Below the pieces are notes generated by a model. The model saw only the letters and a list, made by a program, of their open reading frames with translations. It searched no databases and was not told where the DNA came from. From Chiloscyllium plagiosum (lineage: Eukaryota): a stretch of 64,000 bases of DNA. Of this stretch, positions 41,816 through 55,335 are shown piece after piece. The stretch's first letter is position 1; each line of letters starts with the position of its first letter. The stretch spans positions 37,630,547 to 37,694,546 of the forward strand of contig NC_057719.1 of the NCBI RefSeq assembly GCF_004010195.1. Direction: 5' to 3'. The position numbers and the translations under genes were made by a program.

Positions 41816-42489
41816 CAAAATATTGTAAAGTATTTGGCACTGGAGTAGTTTGCAATAGTGGACTCAGGCAATTCCATGAAAAAGGCACAGCTAGAATACT
41901 AAAAACATTTCTATGATCTAAGGAAAGATATAGTGGCATTGGAGGCAGTGCGGAGAAGGTTCATTTGGTTAATCTTGGGTTTGGAGGGATTTTCTTATGA
42001 GGAACCATTGAGTAGCTTGGGCTTGTAATCACTGGAGTTTAGACGAATGAGAGGTAGCCTCATTAAAACATTTATGATTCTTAGGGGATTTGAGACAGGG
42101 TAGATGTGGGAAGCTTGTCCAGAACCAGAGTACATAATCCCAGAATATGTCCAAAGTCTTTTGGTTTTATGGCTGATCACCCCATGGGTACATAGTGCTA
42201 CCATTGTCCTTATTATTGCTTGTTAGAAATGGATGAAAGGATCATCCAGGGTCTCCATGCCTGAGACCTTCTTGGAAATATTGGTAAAGGTTTTGAGTGA
42301 AGACAGAATCAGACTTGGCAGATGTGTATCTTGCTATTGTTTATCTTGCTGGCACTCATCAGCTCCAACATTGCCATGTAGTTTTGAAGCAGCTTTACTT
42401 ATATAAGATATCCTAAGATACCTCAAAAAACAGATATCCAGTTAGGAGGAGAGAGTTGGCAGGCCTAACTAATAGGAAAATGTTTTGCA

Positions 42490-42815
42490 CTAACACAACA
42501 CCTTCCACAAGACTTTATGAAGTGCTTCACAGCCAGTTTTATTGAAGGACACATGGCAGCCAGTTTGCATTCAGCGAATCCTTTAAACATCAAGCTGATA
42601 ATGACCAGGTAACCTGTCTTTTGTGAAAATGATTGAGGGATGGATATTGGCCAAATCACCAGGGATATTTCCCTTGCTGTTCTTTGAAACCATGAGATTG
42701 TTGACATCTACCTGAGCAGGTAGGCAGTACCTCTGTTTAACATCTCATCTGAAGGTAGTGCCTCCAATATTGCAGCATAATTAAGCACAATATTGCACTG
42801 CTAAGTCAACCTTAG
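42490..42815 (-). mobile_element. Deu-domain SINE (SacSINE1/AmnSINE1-like)
   Basis: Minus strand ttcagatgagatgttaaacagagg...tggccaatatccatccctcaatc...aactggctgccatgtgtcc resembles the DeuSINE core. Confidence 0.7.
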
Positions 42816-42973
42816 CTTAAGATGACTAATAACAGATGGGAAGAAGATGTTCTTGACTCTATTCATATGTGTATACACACGTTTATATCTTCTGCCTGAT
42901 GAAAGTGGGTGGAAGAGAGTATAACCAGGATGGCAAGAGTCTTTGATTATGTTGGTTGCTTTCCCAAGGCAGT

Positions 42974-43418
42974 GGGAAGTATAGATAGAGTCAATGGATG
43001 GAAGGCTGGTTTGCGTGATGGATTGGGCTATGTTCAGAAAGCTCTGTAGTTAAACCCAATGGCTACCACATTGAACCACAGCTGTCAGTGCCATGACTTA
43101 TCAAAAGGAAGGAACAAATTGAAAGTGGATTTGCCCTGGATGAAGGCAAGCCTCTTGAGTGTTGTTGGAGCTGCACTCATCCCGACAAGGGGGGTGTTCC
43201 TGACTTATGCCTTGTAGATGGGAGATAGGCTTTGAGGAATCAGGAGGTGAGTTATTCACCACAGGGAAGTATAGATAGAGTCAATGGATGGAAGGCTGGT
43301 TTGCGTGATGGATTGGGCTATGTTCAGAAAGCTCTGTAGTTAAACCCAATGGCTACCACATTGAACCACAGCTGTCAGTGCCATGACTTATCAAAAAGAA
43401 GGAACAAATTGAAAGTGG
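42974..43418 (+). repeat. 155-bp direct duplication flanking a 131-bp copy of 44911-45041
   Basis: 42974-43128 matches 43264-43418 (1 difference seen); 43134-43264 matches 44911-45041. Confidence 0.92.
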
Positions 43419-45244
43419 GTTTTGAGGATGATGGATGAGTTTAAGCAGTGTTTTTCAAAGGGTGACATGTACAGACCTCAAGTAGAGTCATAGAGATGTA
43501 CAGCATAGAAACAGACCCTTCGGTCCAACCCATCCTAATCTAATCCCATTTGCCAGCACTTGGCCCATATCCCTTTAAACCTTTTCTATTCATATACCCA
43601 TCCAGATGTCTTTTACATGTTCCTGCCAATAACAGAGGAATGCTGGGAATTACACTCCAAGGTGATTGAAGATGCACCATAGGGCAGATTGGGCTGCTGT
43701 AAGGTATTTACTAGGATTTGGCACTAGAGTAGGACACAGTCGTGGACGTGGGAAATTCCATGAAAAGGCGCTGGCAAATAAAGTGATTACACTCTCTATG
43801 AGCACCATATGTGGGTTAAACTTTCCGCCATCCCTGCGCCATACAAGAGGAGGCAGGGATTCCTTCAGATGCAAGCTTCTGCACCTGGATTCTTAGGAAC
43901 TGCCAAAACTGTGGCATGGATATACTTGATCTCCTCTGGATTAAAGCTGGGCTTTCCAGAAAAATGAGGAGGAAGAACAATTTTTATCCTTGTAATTTAT
44001 AGTGTAGCCTCCTAACTCAGAGAGCCATCCTCAGCATGGATGGTAAATTGATCAACACAGGTGTGCTTCTGGAAAACTCTCTCTGAATCTGAAAGTATCA
44101 CTGAGCTCAGTGACAGAGTTAGGTAGTGGGCATGATCACATTGTAATCATGAGGAATCCACTCTACAGATCTTTTATATCAATCAACCAGAAAGAAATCA
44201 TTTTCTTTGGCAATCTTGTTGGGTTTAACAAGATGGGAGCTGCCAGCACCAGGAAATGAATACTTTCTTATTTCTGGCGATCCTAAATTATACTAGCTGC
44301 AGAGTAGTGTCCCTCCGTTTTAAGAGTAAGTTTCAACTTTTGTCCATTGAATTTAATAGAAGATAAATTGACACTCATTAAGAATCATCCCCCTTACCCT
44401 GACATCTGATATGATATATCCTATAAATCTGATGGTACATCTGATCTGATATGATATATCCTATAAATCATCACTGTGATATTTCCCATTTCACACAGTA
44501 ATTGTTCAATGGCTTCTCTAAGTGAGATTGCAATGGACATCAGATATATTCTTCTCATACATGGGAAGTGGGTGTTGCTGGTTGGGCCACCATTTATTGA
44601 ACACATTTTAAGGAGGTGGTGATGAGTTGTCTTCCTGAACCACTGCAGTCCATTTGGAGTGATTTTGACTCACCAACAATGGCGATATATTTCCAAGCCA
44701 AGGATGAGTAGCTTGGAGGGAAACTTGAAGGTAGTGGTATTTCTATTCTTGGGAATGTTCTGTTGTCCTTGTCATTTGGAAGGTGCTGTCTAAGGATTCT
44801 TGGTGAATTTCTGCAGTGTATCTTGTGGATGGTACACACTGCAGCTACTGAATTGGTGGTATTGGGAGTGAATGTTTATAGATGTGGTATCAATCAAGCA
44901 GGCTGCTTTCCCCTGGATGAAGGCAAGCCTCTTGAGTGTTGTTGGAGCTGCACTCATCCCGACAAGGGGGGTGTTCCTGACTTATGCCTTGTAGATGGGA
45001 GATAGGCTTTGAGGAATCAGGAGGTGAGTTATTCACCACAGAATTCCTAGTCTCTGACCTGCTGTTATACCCAGAATATTTATATGGCTAGACAAGTTCA
45101 AATGTAACCCCAAGATGTTGACAGCAGTGGATTCAATGATGGTTATACTGTTGAATGACAAAGGGTGATAGTTAGATTCTCTCTTGTCATTGTCTGGCAT
45201 TCGTATGACATGAATGTTATACACCAGGCCTTATTATCACATGT

Positions 45245-46435
45245 TGAGAGTGTGTTGCTGGAAAAGCACAGCAGGTCAGGCAGCATCCGAGGAACAAGAG
45301 AATCAATGTTTCGTGCTGGAGCCCTTCATCAGGAACCTGAGAACATGGCTGAAGAGCTTCAGGGCAGAGGAGAGGACTTGGGGAGTACAGTGAGAGAGGG
45401 ACTCACTGAGATCTTTGTAGAGAGAGAAGAACTTCTTCAAGGTAGGCATCCTTGGAAGAGGCTTTGCAGTAAAGTGAAATCAACGAGGAGAATGTGAGGA
45501 TTAGATTAGATTAGATTAGATTAGATTACTTACAGTGTGGAAACAGGCCCTTCGGCCCAACAAGTCCTCACCGCCCCGCCGAAGCACAACCCACCCATAC
45601 CCCTACATTTACCCCTTACCTAACACATTAGCATGGCCAATTCACCTCAGAGAGTTGCCTGAGGCGGGAATTGAACCCGGGTCTCTGGCGCTGTGAGGCA
45701 GCAGTGCTAACCACTGTGCCACCGTGCCGCCGATGCTGGAGATCAGAGCTAAAAAATGTGTTGCTGGAAAAGCACAGCAGGTCAGGCAGCATCCAAGGAG
45801 CAGGAGAATCAATGTTTCTGGCATTCCTGAAGAAGGGCTTATGCCCGAAACATCGATTCTCATGCTCCTTGGATGCTGCCTGACCTGCTGCGCTTTTCCA
45901 ATAGCATAGCAGCAGGTCAGGCAGCATCTGAGGAGCAGGAAATTTGATGTTTCAGGCCAGAGCCCTTCATCAGGAAATGGCTCAAGAAGGGCTCCGGCCC
46001 GAAACATTGATTTTCTTGCTCCACGAATGCTGCCTGACCTGCTGTGCTTTTCTAGCAGTGCACTCTCAATTCTGATCTCCAGCATCTGCAGACTTCACTG
46101 TCTCCTTGTCATCACGTGGTCTGCTATTACACATAACCCATTGTTTCCATGACTCGACCCCAATGGCAGCTATTCATTCTTCTAGGCTGACTATTATTCA
46201 CTCCTTTGTCTGTCCAGTTGTTCTTCCCTCCCTTTTGGTTCTATTTCTATCTTTCATTTACTCCTCCCCCAGCCCTATCTTCTGCTCAAAAGCCAACCTT
46301 TTCCTACCTACCATCAGTTCTGAAGCAGGATCACTGGACCTGAACATTAACTCTTGACTTCTTCCAGAGATGCTGCTGGACCTGTTGAATTTTTTCAGCA
46401 AATTCTGTTTTTGCTTCTGATTTCCAGCTTCTACG
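45245..46435. mobile_element. Nested cluster of PLE termini in both orientations plus an internally deleted HE1 SINE (45499-45731, minus)
   Basis: At least six PLE terminal segments with hammerhead-like cores; (ATTAG)n SINE tail. Confidence 0.8.
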
Positions 46436-46579
46436 GTTATCTTGTTTTTGTTTGGCTTGCTGCATTTGGATTACTGTATATTGTAATACTAGGTTAACAC
46501 TTCCTCAGCTTGTTTCACCTGACAGACAAAAGATTTTTATCTCATCAGTCTACATGCATTTGACTCAGGTTCTGAAAAA

Positions 46580-47085
46580 TAAGAACATAAGAAATAGGAG
46601 CAGGAGGAGACCATCTGGCCTCTCGAGCCTGGTCCACCATTTATTAAAACATGATTGATCTTATTGTGGCCTCAGCTCCGCTTACCCACCTGTTCACCAT
46701 AACACTTAATTCCTTTACTGTTCCAAAATCTGTATATCTTTGTCTTAAAAATATTCACTCAACTGTTTCACTGGGGAGGGAATTCCACAGATTCACAATC
46801 CCTTGGGTAAAGATGCTCCTTCTCAACTCAATCCTAAATCTACTCCCCTTTATTTTGAGGCTATGCCCCCAGTTCTATTTTCACTCACCAGTGGAAACAA
46901 CCTTCCTACTCCTATCTTACTTATTCTCCTTCATAATTCTAGGTTTCTATATGATCTGCCCTCATTCTTTTAAATTTCAATGAGTATAGTCCCAGTCTAC
47001 TCAATCTCTCCTCATCAAGCAACTCTCCCAACTCTGGAATCAACCCAGTGAACCCTCTCTGCAACCCTTCCAATTCAGTATATCC
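46580..47085 (-). mobile_element. CR1 3' fragment (AAGAACAT-tailed subfamily)
   Basis: aagaacataagaaataggagcagga tail and CR1 RT end. Confidence 0.75.
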
Positions 47086-47429
47086 AAGTGAAAGGTCAAA
47101 GTAGTTAACTACTACAATTAGTCCATCTCACTAGAAAAGGATAAGAAGGTGAGAAGCCATGGACAAATTGCAAGTGAGAACAAGAATTTTAATTTAAACC
47201 TGAATGGGGATTAAGAGCCAATGTAGATTGATAAACACAGGTCAAGGGACGAATGTGACTTAATTGGTGACAGAATGTTGGCAACAACAAGTTGAAAGGA
47301 TGGAAATTTATGTTGGATCAGAAGTCAGCTAGAAAATAATTGAAATGGTCAAGACTGAGGTAACAAATTCATTGATGAAGATTGCAGCAGCAAATGGGCT
47401 GAAGCAGGGCTGAAGGTTTAATTTTGTCA

Positions 47430-47730
47430 TTCAGTCCTACCGTATGGAACAGGCTATTTGGTCCATCGAGCCACACTAACCCTCTAAAGAGCACCCCACC
47501 CAGACCAACGTGATCCCTATAACACTGCATTTCCCATGGCTAATCCATCTAGCCTACACATCACTGAACACTATGGGTAATTTAGCATGGCCAATCCACC
47601 TAACCTGCATATCTCTGGACTGTGGGAGAATGTGCAAGCTCCACACAGACAGCCATGTGAGGGTGGAACTGAACCTTGGACCCTGGCACTATGAGGCAGC
47701 AGTGCTAACCACTGAACCACCATGCCACCC
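47430..47730 (-). mobile_element. V-SINE (HE1-related); similar copy at 49468-49820
   Basis: tRNA-like head and shared aatttagcatggccaatccacctaacctgcac core. Confidence 0.8.
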
Positions 47731-48839
47731 TAAGATGGGCAGTTTTACAGTGATGAAAGTAGGGTCATTCACCTAATGAAGAATGGGATAAAGGATTCAG
47801 TTTATGGTGACATGCAAAGCAGTATGAAGGTTTGAACAGTTTGATTCATCCTGAGATAATAGCTTGTGAGAGTTATCAAATCAGCAAGAAGATGATACCA
47901 TTTTTAGTAAAAATGGAAAGGGAAGAACACTGGTAGGCAAGGATGGAATTTATCAGGATGATCCATGTTTCCAGGTATCTAGGGAAGGATTTTTTTTATT
48001 CTTGAACCACTTAAGGAAGCATTTATCTGCTGTACCAGAGTTACTGGAATTACTACAAACTAACATTAGAATTGTCCAGAAAAAACAAGACCCTTGCCAA
48101 GTACTTACAATGCCTACCATGTCATTCCCCTTGGCAGCATGCAAGGATCCAAAAAACTCAAAGCCAAAGACATGAAAGGCATTACATAAGTACAAGTTGT
48201 AGTTGATAATAAGATCAGCTATATACACTATGTAGCAAAAGGAAAACAGATGTGAATTCTAAAGCTATTAATCATTCTGTATTTTTGTACAATGTCGACA
48301 ACTTGTATTTATATACAGCTTTTATTGCAGAAGAAAGACCCATGTTGCTTCACAATCAATAAGATCTACTCATAACAGTCATCTTTTCTTTTGGGCATAA
48401 CTTGACACTCGATGCTTATCCCATGGATGGAAACTGGAGGCCATAACGTCCACAGCAACCCACTTTCAACTATCAACTTCAGTCACTGGACAGTTAATGA
48501 CAAGCCAACAGCAAGTGCACAGAAACGAAAGCCCAGATTGACCCTGGAGGTGGGAGTGGGGCAGATTCAAGGACAGAGATGCTGCTGGCAAAGTTTCTCA
48601 AATGGATATTGTCAGTGTTTAATCACACTACATGGGGGCCTCATGGAGAATACAATCTGATGGGACTCCAAAGTTTCAAAAGTGTCAAGATATTGCTGAG
48701 TGTAAAAGTTCTCTTCAGCCAGTCTCATTGCCACTGACAAACTTAACTCAGAGAATAGGCTAAAAAGTCTTACAATCACAGAATGCATCCTGCAGAGATG
48801 CCGGAGGAGCGTACACGCACAGCTCCACTACACACACTT

Positions 48840-49010
48840 GAAGTCTTGTGTATCTTCCTCTCAGGTATCAATGAGTGGCAGGAGGTTCTTTTCTCATGAG
48901 ATAGCAAAACAAGTATAAGCCAGGATGGATATGAAAGACATTGTCAGCACCAGTGGGGCTGTAAATAGGAGCTGGTTGTAGTGTTGGAAAAGGATGAATG
49001 ACCTTCTACA
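48840..49010 (+). mobile_element. Harbinger Myb/SANT-like remnant; similar one at 57300-57465
   Basis: WMDMKDIVSTSGAVNRSWL*CWKRMNDL. Confidence 0.55.
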
Positions 49011-50944
49011 ATAAATGAGTAGGGAAGCCACTTGGCAATGCCAATGAGTGTCTCTGGGAGAATATTTGATGTGACTGGGAACTTCCTGCTGTGTGTGCAT
49101 AGTTTATTGCATGAATGTCCATCGTGCACCATGGGTTACGTTGTTTCTATACTTGATTGTGTTGGAGGTGCAACTGGAAAGGCACCAAAGCAGTAATTTG
49201 TGGTGCAGGAAGGTTGGTAATGAGGAGCGTTTCCTTGAGCAGCTACTCCATTCAGACTTTGGTATCATTATTTTACATTTGTCTTAAAAAGAGAAGAGCA
49301 CACGTTGTCCATGAACACTAATGACAGATGGTGGAGTGTCAAATTTCATAACAGTGACCTCTATGAGGGATGACTTGAACTGACTGGCCAACAGGACAAG
49401 AGATTCATTGCCAAAGGAGAAGCAGCATTTTTCAAGAGGCTGCTGGGGGTGAAAGAAAGCTCTTGAAATAGAATCATAGCATCCCTACAATGTGGAAAGA
49501 GGCCATTCAGCCCTTCAAGTCTGCATTGACCCTCCAAAGACCTACCCACTCAGATCAAGCCCTCAACTCTATCCCCATTATCCTATATTTGCCATGGCCA
49601 ATCCAACTAACCTCCGTTTCCCTGGATACTGCAGGACAATTTAGCATTGCCAATTCATCTAACCTGCACATCTTTGGGCTGTGGGAGCAAATGGGAGCAC
49701 CCAGAGGAAATCCATGCAGACACAGAGAATGTGAAAACTCCACACAGCCAGGCACCCAAGGCTGGAATCACACCCAGGTCCCTGGCATTATGAAGCAGCA
49801 GTGCCAGCTACTGAGCCAAGAAACCTCACTATCATCATTTCAAAAGTTACAATGGTGACTACAATAGTAGTTATGAGATGGCTAGTTATGAGATGCAGTT
49901 TTGGTATTTCCAAATTATTACTTGGAAATAGAGAACTTGAGTATTGCTGAAAAAAACACCCACTTTGTTGGAGTTTTATTTACCTTGTACTCATTCAGAC
50001 ACTTTGCAATGTGAAGAGAATTTAATCTCTTTACATTACTGAGAAGAGAGTTCTGCTTTGTTGGCAAATGGACTTTGAATTTGAAGAGACATTGCCATGG
50101 AGAATGCACTAATTAAATAATGACTGGCAGTTAACTGCCAAGCATAATTTAAATGCAGTATAAAAATTTCAGTGTCAGTGTGATCCTAGCTATCTAGAGT
50201 GTGTTTCACAAAGGCTGGTAGATCACATCAAACAGGTACACCTGCATCTGTTCACACAAACAAGATATTGAGACCCACTCAAATGTTGACTAGTATTCCT
50301 TCTAATTTTCTTTCTGTCTGCATGAGCCTCTAAAGTCTATGTGTGCCAATGACTTCCAGAATTGGAAGTCAACATTGCATTCAGCGTGCAGATGCCAATC
50401 GCCATGTGTGAAACCCTGGAGTGGCTTTGCATGTGTGCGGCCATGCAGCTTAGCGGGACCATTGATGACCATCCTCTGAAGATGTTCATCAGGTGGCCAA
50501 TGTTGAAGCTTCCGGAAGGAATGCACATCAGGGCACAGAGTGACAAAGTCCATTGTTAACAGATTAGCACCCCAAGGTAGACATTTTTTAAAAACTTTTA
50601 ATTCCAAAATGTGTTTTTATTTTAAAAAGAAGGCTATTACAAAACAAAATAGCTGCAAGTGGAATTCACTAACTGTCTGGCAAACTGCTGTGTGAAGTTA
50701 GTGGAATGTCTCAAAATGCCACAAAACCTTAAACAGACAGAGACCTAACAAAACGATGTTACAAGGATCTGACCATTTCCACAAAGGCAGCCCCCAGGGC
50801 CACAACTTTGAGAACAGCCCTTTTTAAAAACCCTGCCTTGCATGTAAAACAAAGGAATAGACTCACTCTCACTCTCACTCTGAGGACTGGAATTCAGTCA
50901 CTGTCAGTAGGAGATGGGTCAGCATAATTTCAACCAACCCATTC

Positions 50945-51325
50945 TCTGGAGCATTGGAACTGAAAGGTGTCTTTATAGATGCTTATAAAATCATGAGGGG
51001 CATGGATATGGTGAATAGCCAAAGTCTTTTTCTCAGGGCAGGGGAATCCAAAACTGGAGTACATAGGGTTAAGGTGAGAGGGGAAAGATTTAAAAGGGAC
51101 CTGAGGAGCAACATTTTCACACAGAGGGTATGGGATGAGCTGCCAGAGGATGTGGTACAATTACAACATTTAAAAAAGAACCTGGACAGGTACATGAATA
51201 GGAAGGGTTTAGGGAGATATGGGCCAAATGCTGGCAATGGGACTAGATCAGTTTAGCATGTCTGGTCAGCATGGATTAGTTGGACTGAAGAGTCTGTTTG
51301 CGTGCTGTATAACTCTATGACTTTA
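50945..51325 (+). mobile_element. CR1 3' end
   Basis: YKIMRGMD..FTQRVWDELP and CR1 UTR. Confidence 0.88.
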
Positions 51326-53202
51326 CGACTGTGAAATTAGAATTTTGAAATCCACAACTCAATCGCCAATGTCAATGCTATGGGTGCCATCTAATAATGC
51401 TTTCAACATTTTCATGCCTGCTCTTCATGAACAATTCAGACAGTGATCTGTATTTTTTAAAATTTCACCTCTAATCTCTAATTTGCATGCAGTTTGTGTT
51501 ACATAATTATCCCTTTCCTTTTTAATCATTAATAAACTCACTCTTTTGCTAATTCAACAAAGACTTGTTATATTAGCTCCTTATAATGCATTAGTTTATT
51601 TAGATCTGGAAAAAAGGTATTCACAAGGGAAGGAATCTTTTCTTGAATTAACACTATTGTAACCTCCTACACTGCAGATGAACACCCAAGGGCAACCAGT
51701 TCATGCCTCCTCAGCTGGGAGCTTAACAATTTGAGATATCACATCTGGAACAATAACAAGCTGGGGAACCTTGCCTAGGATTCTGGTCATGAGACTGATT
51801 CAGCCATGAATGCTGCAATCACCTCGCTTCATTATGCAAGACATTCTCCATTAAGAGATTGGTGACCTTCATAGAGAACCACACTCAGCAGCTCAATCAG
51901 GAGGCTCTGACGAAGCATTCAGACTTATAAGCACATCTATTGTCAATGATATTAGCAAGGCATAGCCTGTGCAAGAGAAGAGCTCGATACCTGGAGTGCT
52001 AGCAAGGTTCCAGTTCACTTATGATGAGCAGGGAGGTTCCCATTAGTGTTAGTGGATGAGCCCCAGCTCTCCATATTTGGACGTTCTCTCTGGGCCCTGG
52101 ATGGTGACAGCGGTTCCTCTGCTTCTCTGCCATTGACATCAGTGTGTCATTTGCTGCGGTGACAGGAGACTGTGTCACTGTGCAGCAATCACTCACTTTA
52201 TCTGAGCCCTCACTGCCACATGACGCTTGCCGGACCAAGAGGAGACTAAATTCAGCAGCTGACATCCAACATGTTTGGCAGCTATGAGAGAAAAATCGCA
52301 GCACAGCACTCAGAAAAGGATAACAAAAGCCCTTTGAACATTAAAGGCTGATAGATGGATGTGGGAGAATCTCAAACTAAGCCAGAGAGCTGTGGAGCTT
52401 AAATCACTGAAAGGATTTAAAGAAGACATAGATTTTTGGAATATCTGAAAAGTTGAAGTCTCTGATGAGTTGAAAAAGAGGTTGAGGCCTGGGGCAGGTC
52501 ATCCGTGATTTGATTGAATGCTGAGGCAGGCTTTTGGTTCTGAATGGTTTACTCCTGCTCCAATTTCTTACAATCTAATGTTCACAGAATTTTCGGGGGT
52601 GGAAAACAACCCTATTATCGCTGAAGAAACTTCAGTTCACAGAAACCAGCAAAGTTTGTGATAAGGTGCAGACAAGGAGAAAATGATTGAGCAGCACATG
52701 CCACTCAGGTTCATTGATCAAACTTTGACTGCAGTTGCTCTGGCACAAAATCAGCCTGGTTAGTAAATTGTAATAGCAGATTCAAATTTGAAGTCAGATG
52801 CTGAAACACAAGTTCAAGGAGAATATTTCAATTCTTCATCTTCTAAGGAATAATTATTAGTACCAGCGATAGAGCTAAGTCAGCAGCAACTATCAGGGGG
52901 AAGTCTGAAGATGGGAACATGTTGGGTTCATCAATAAGACAACTTAAGAGGGTGAAGGAAGATGTTCGACCTAATCAACAGGTTGAAATAAAGAGTTTAT
53001 GTACGTCAATACAGATGTATCAGCAGATTGACAATGAAGATTTGCTTGCATAGATTGAAAATGGGCTGCATGCAGTTCTACAGAAACCAACACTGAGATG
53101 GAGGGCGAATGTTCACAGCTTCAAGATACTATCAAGAAGAAACTATCTTGCTCTGAGATCCAGAAAAACGACAAAAAGAAAGTAAATATTTCAATGGAAC
53201 AG

Positions 53203-53633
53203 GGTAAAAACAAGGACTGCAGACTCTAGATTAGAGTGGTGCTGGAAAAGCACAGCAGGTCAGGCAGCATCCAAGGAGCAGGAAAATCGACATTTCGGGC
53301 AAAAGCCCTTCATCAGGAATGAGGCAGGGTGCCTACAGAGTGGAGAGATAAATGAGAGGGGTGGCGGGTGGGGAGAAAGTATGGGGTTGAAGTGTTCTGA
53401 GGTAGAAGATGAGGCGTTCTTCCCCCAGGCATCGGGTGGAGAGGGAGCAGCGGTGGAGGAGGCCCAGGACCTGCATGTCCTCGGCAGAGTGGGAGGGGGA
53501 GTTGAAATGTTGGGCCACAGGTTGGGGTTGATTAGTGCGGGCATCCCGGAGATGTTCCCTAAAGCGCTCTGCTAGGAGGCATCCAGTCTCCCCAATGTAG
53601 AGGAGACCGTATCGGGAGCAACGGGGGATACAG
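53203..53633 (-). mobile_element. PLE family A 3' fragment (GIY-YIG) with 8-bp TSD
   Basis: GLLYIGETGCLLAERFREHLRDAR..VAQHFN; TGGAACAG at 53195-53202 and 53634-53641; hammerhead core at ~53286-53320. Confidence 0.88.
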
Positions 53634-54227
53634 TGGAACAGCCTCCTACCATGAATGAACTCCATATGCTTATTAGTCCCTTAGGTGATATTGTTGGGCA
53701 ACTACTTGATTCAGCCATTGTTCCACTGCAAAAGGCATTTGGGAGAGTAAGAGTCTTCCAAAAAAGGTAAAGGACCAAATACCTGATTTAACAGGAATGA
53801 CATTATCAGCAAAGGGCATCCAAGGAATAAAACAAGAGTGTGAAGAGAATCTGTACAGTTCATGTCAGCTCAAGAACAGAACCATAGACAACAATCTCAA
53901 GATAAAACCTATCATTCTTCCAAATCTGCACAGAACGCATTTTGAGGTAATTATGAAACATCAACAAGTCCAGAATTTGTCAAGTCAGAGACTTGGGGAG
54001 AGATGGGACATTGGTCAATGTAATCACATACATGAATGCTAATAATGGGAAAGTTATAAAGTAATGGTTCTGAAAGGGTTAATGTTGAAAACTGCATTAA
54101 ACATCACCCAACCTGATGATGACATACAGGTTTGGGTGGGGGTAAGACAAAACATCTTCTCATCGAATGCAAACCTATATGAACAGGTCTCCTCATAGAC
54201 TTCATGGCAACACCTAATGAACTAATG

Positions 54228-55335
54228 AAACATGGAAAATAGATGCAGGAGTAAGCCATTCTGCCCTTCAAGCCTGCTCCACCATTCATTATGATTATGG
54301 CTGATCATCCAACTCAATAACCTGCTCCTGTTCTCCTCCATGTCCTTTGATCCCTTTAGTCCCAAGCATTATATTTAACTCCTTCTTGAGATCATATAAT
54401 ATTTTGGCCTTGAATGCCTTACATGTGAACAAATTCCATCGGCTCACTACTCTATAGATGAAGAAATTTCTCCTCATCTCAGTCCTAACTGGTTTACCCC
54501 GTACCCTTAGACTTACCCCTTAGTTCTGGACTCCCCCACTATTCGGAACATTCTTCCAGTACCTACCCTGTCTAGCCCTGTTAGAATTTAATAGGTTTCT
54601 ATGAGATCCCTCCTCATGCTTCTGAACTCCAGCGAATATAATCGTATCTAACTCAATCTGTCCTCGTAGGTCAGTCCCACCATCCCAGGAATCATTTTAT
54701 TTAGCCTTCGCTGCACTCCCTCTACAGCAAGAACATCTTTCCTCAGATAAAGAGACCAAAACTTGCACACAATATTCCAGATGTGGTCTCACTAAGACCT
54801 TGTATAATTAAAGGAAGCTATCCTTGATCCTGTACTCAAGTCCTCTCGCTATAAAGGCCAACATACCATTTGCCTTCTTGACACCTGCTACACCTGCAAG
54901 TTTATCTTCAGTGACTGGTTTACAAGGATATCCACGTCTCATTGCATATTCCCCTCTCTCAACATATAGCCATTCAGATATAATTTATCTTCTTATTTTT
55001 GCTACCAAGGTGGATAACCTCACATTTATCCATATTAAACTGCATCTGCCATGCATTTACCAACTCACTCAGCTCATCCAAATCACATAGAAGCATCGCT
55101 GCCTCTTCCTTACTTGTTCCACCTAGCTTTGTGTCATCTGCAAATTTGGAGATTCTAAATTTAGGTCTGTCATCCAAATCATGAATATACATTGTGAATA
55201 ACTCAAGTCCTAATACTGATCCATGTGGTAACTCACAAGTCACTGCCTGCCATTCAGAAATTGTCTGACTTTGTCCAATCCTGCCATTGTTTTCCAAATG
55301 CTCAGCTATTCTTTTATAATGGACTCTAACATTTT
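54228..55335 (-). mobile_element. CR1 3' fragment
   Basis: HGSVLGLELFTMYIHDLD..SKFADDTKLGG..FNMDKCEVIHLG. Confidence 0.88.

Noticed and set aside
45730..46100. CRISPR-like or regularly spaced repeat array
   Set aside because: Irregular, mixed-orientation PLE termini in eukaryotic DNA; no constant repeat-spacer period
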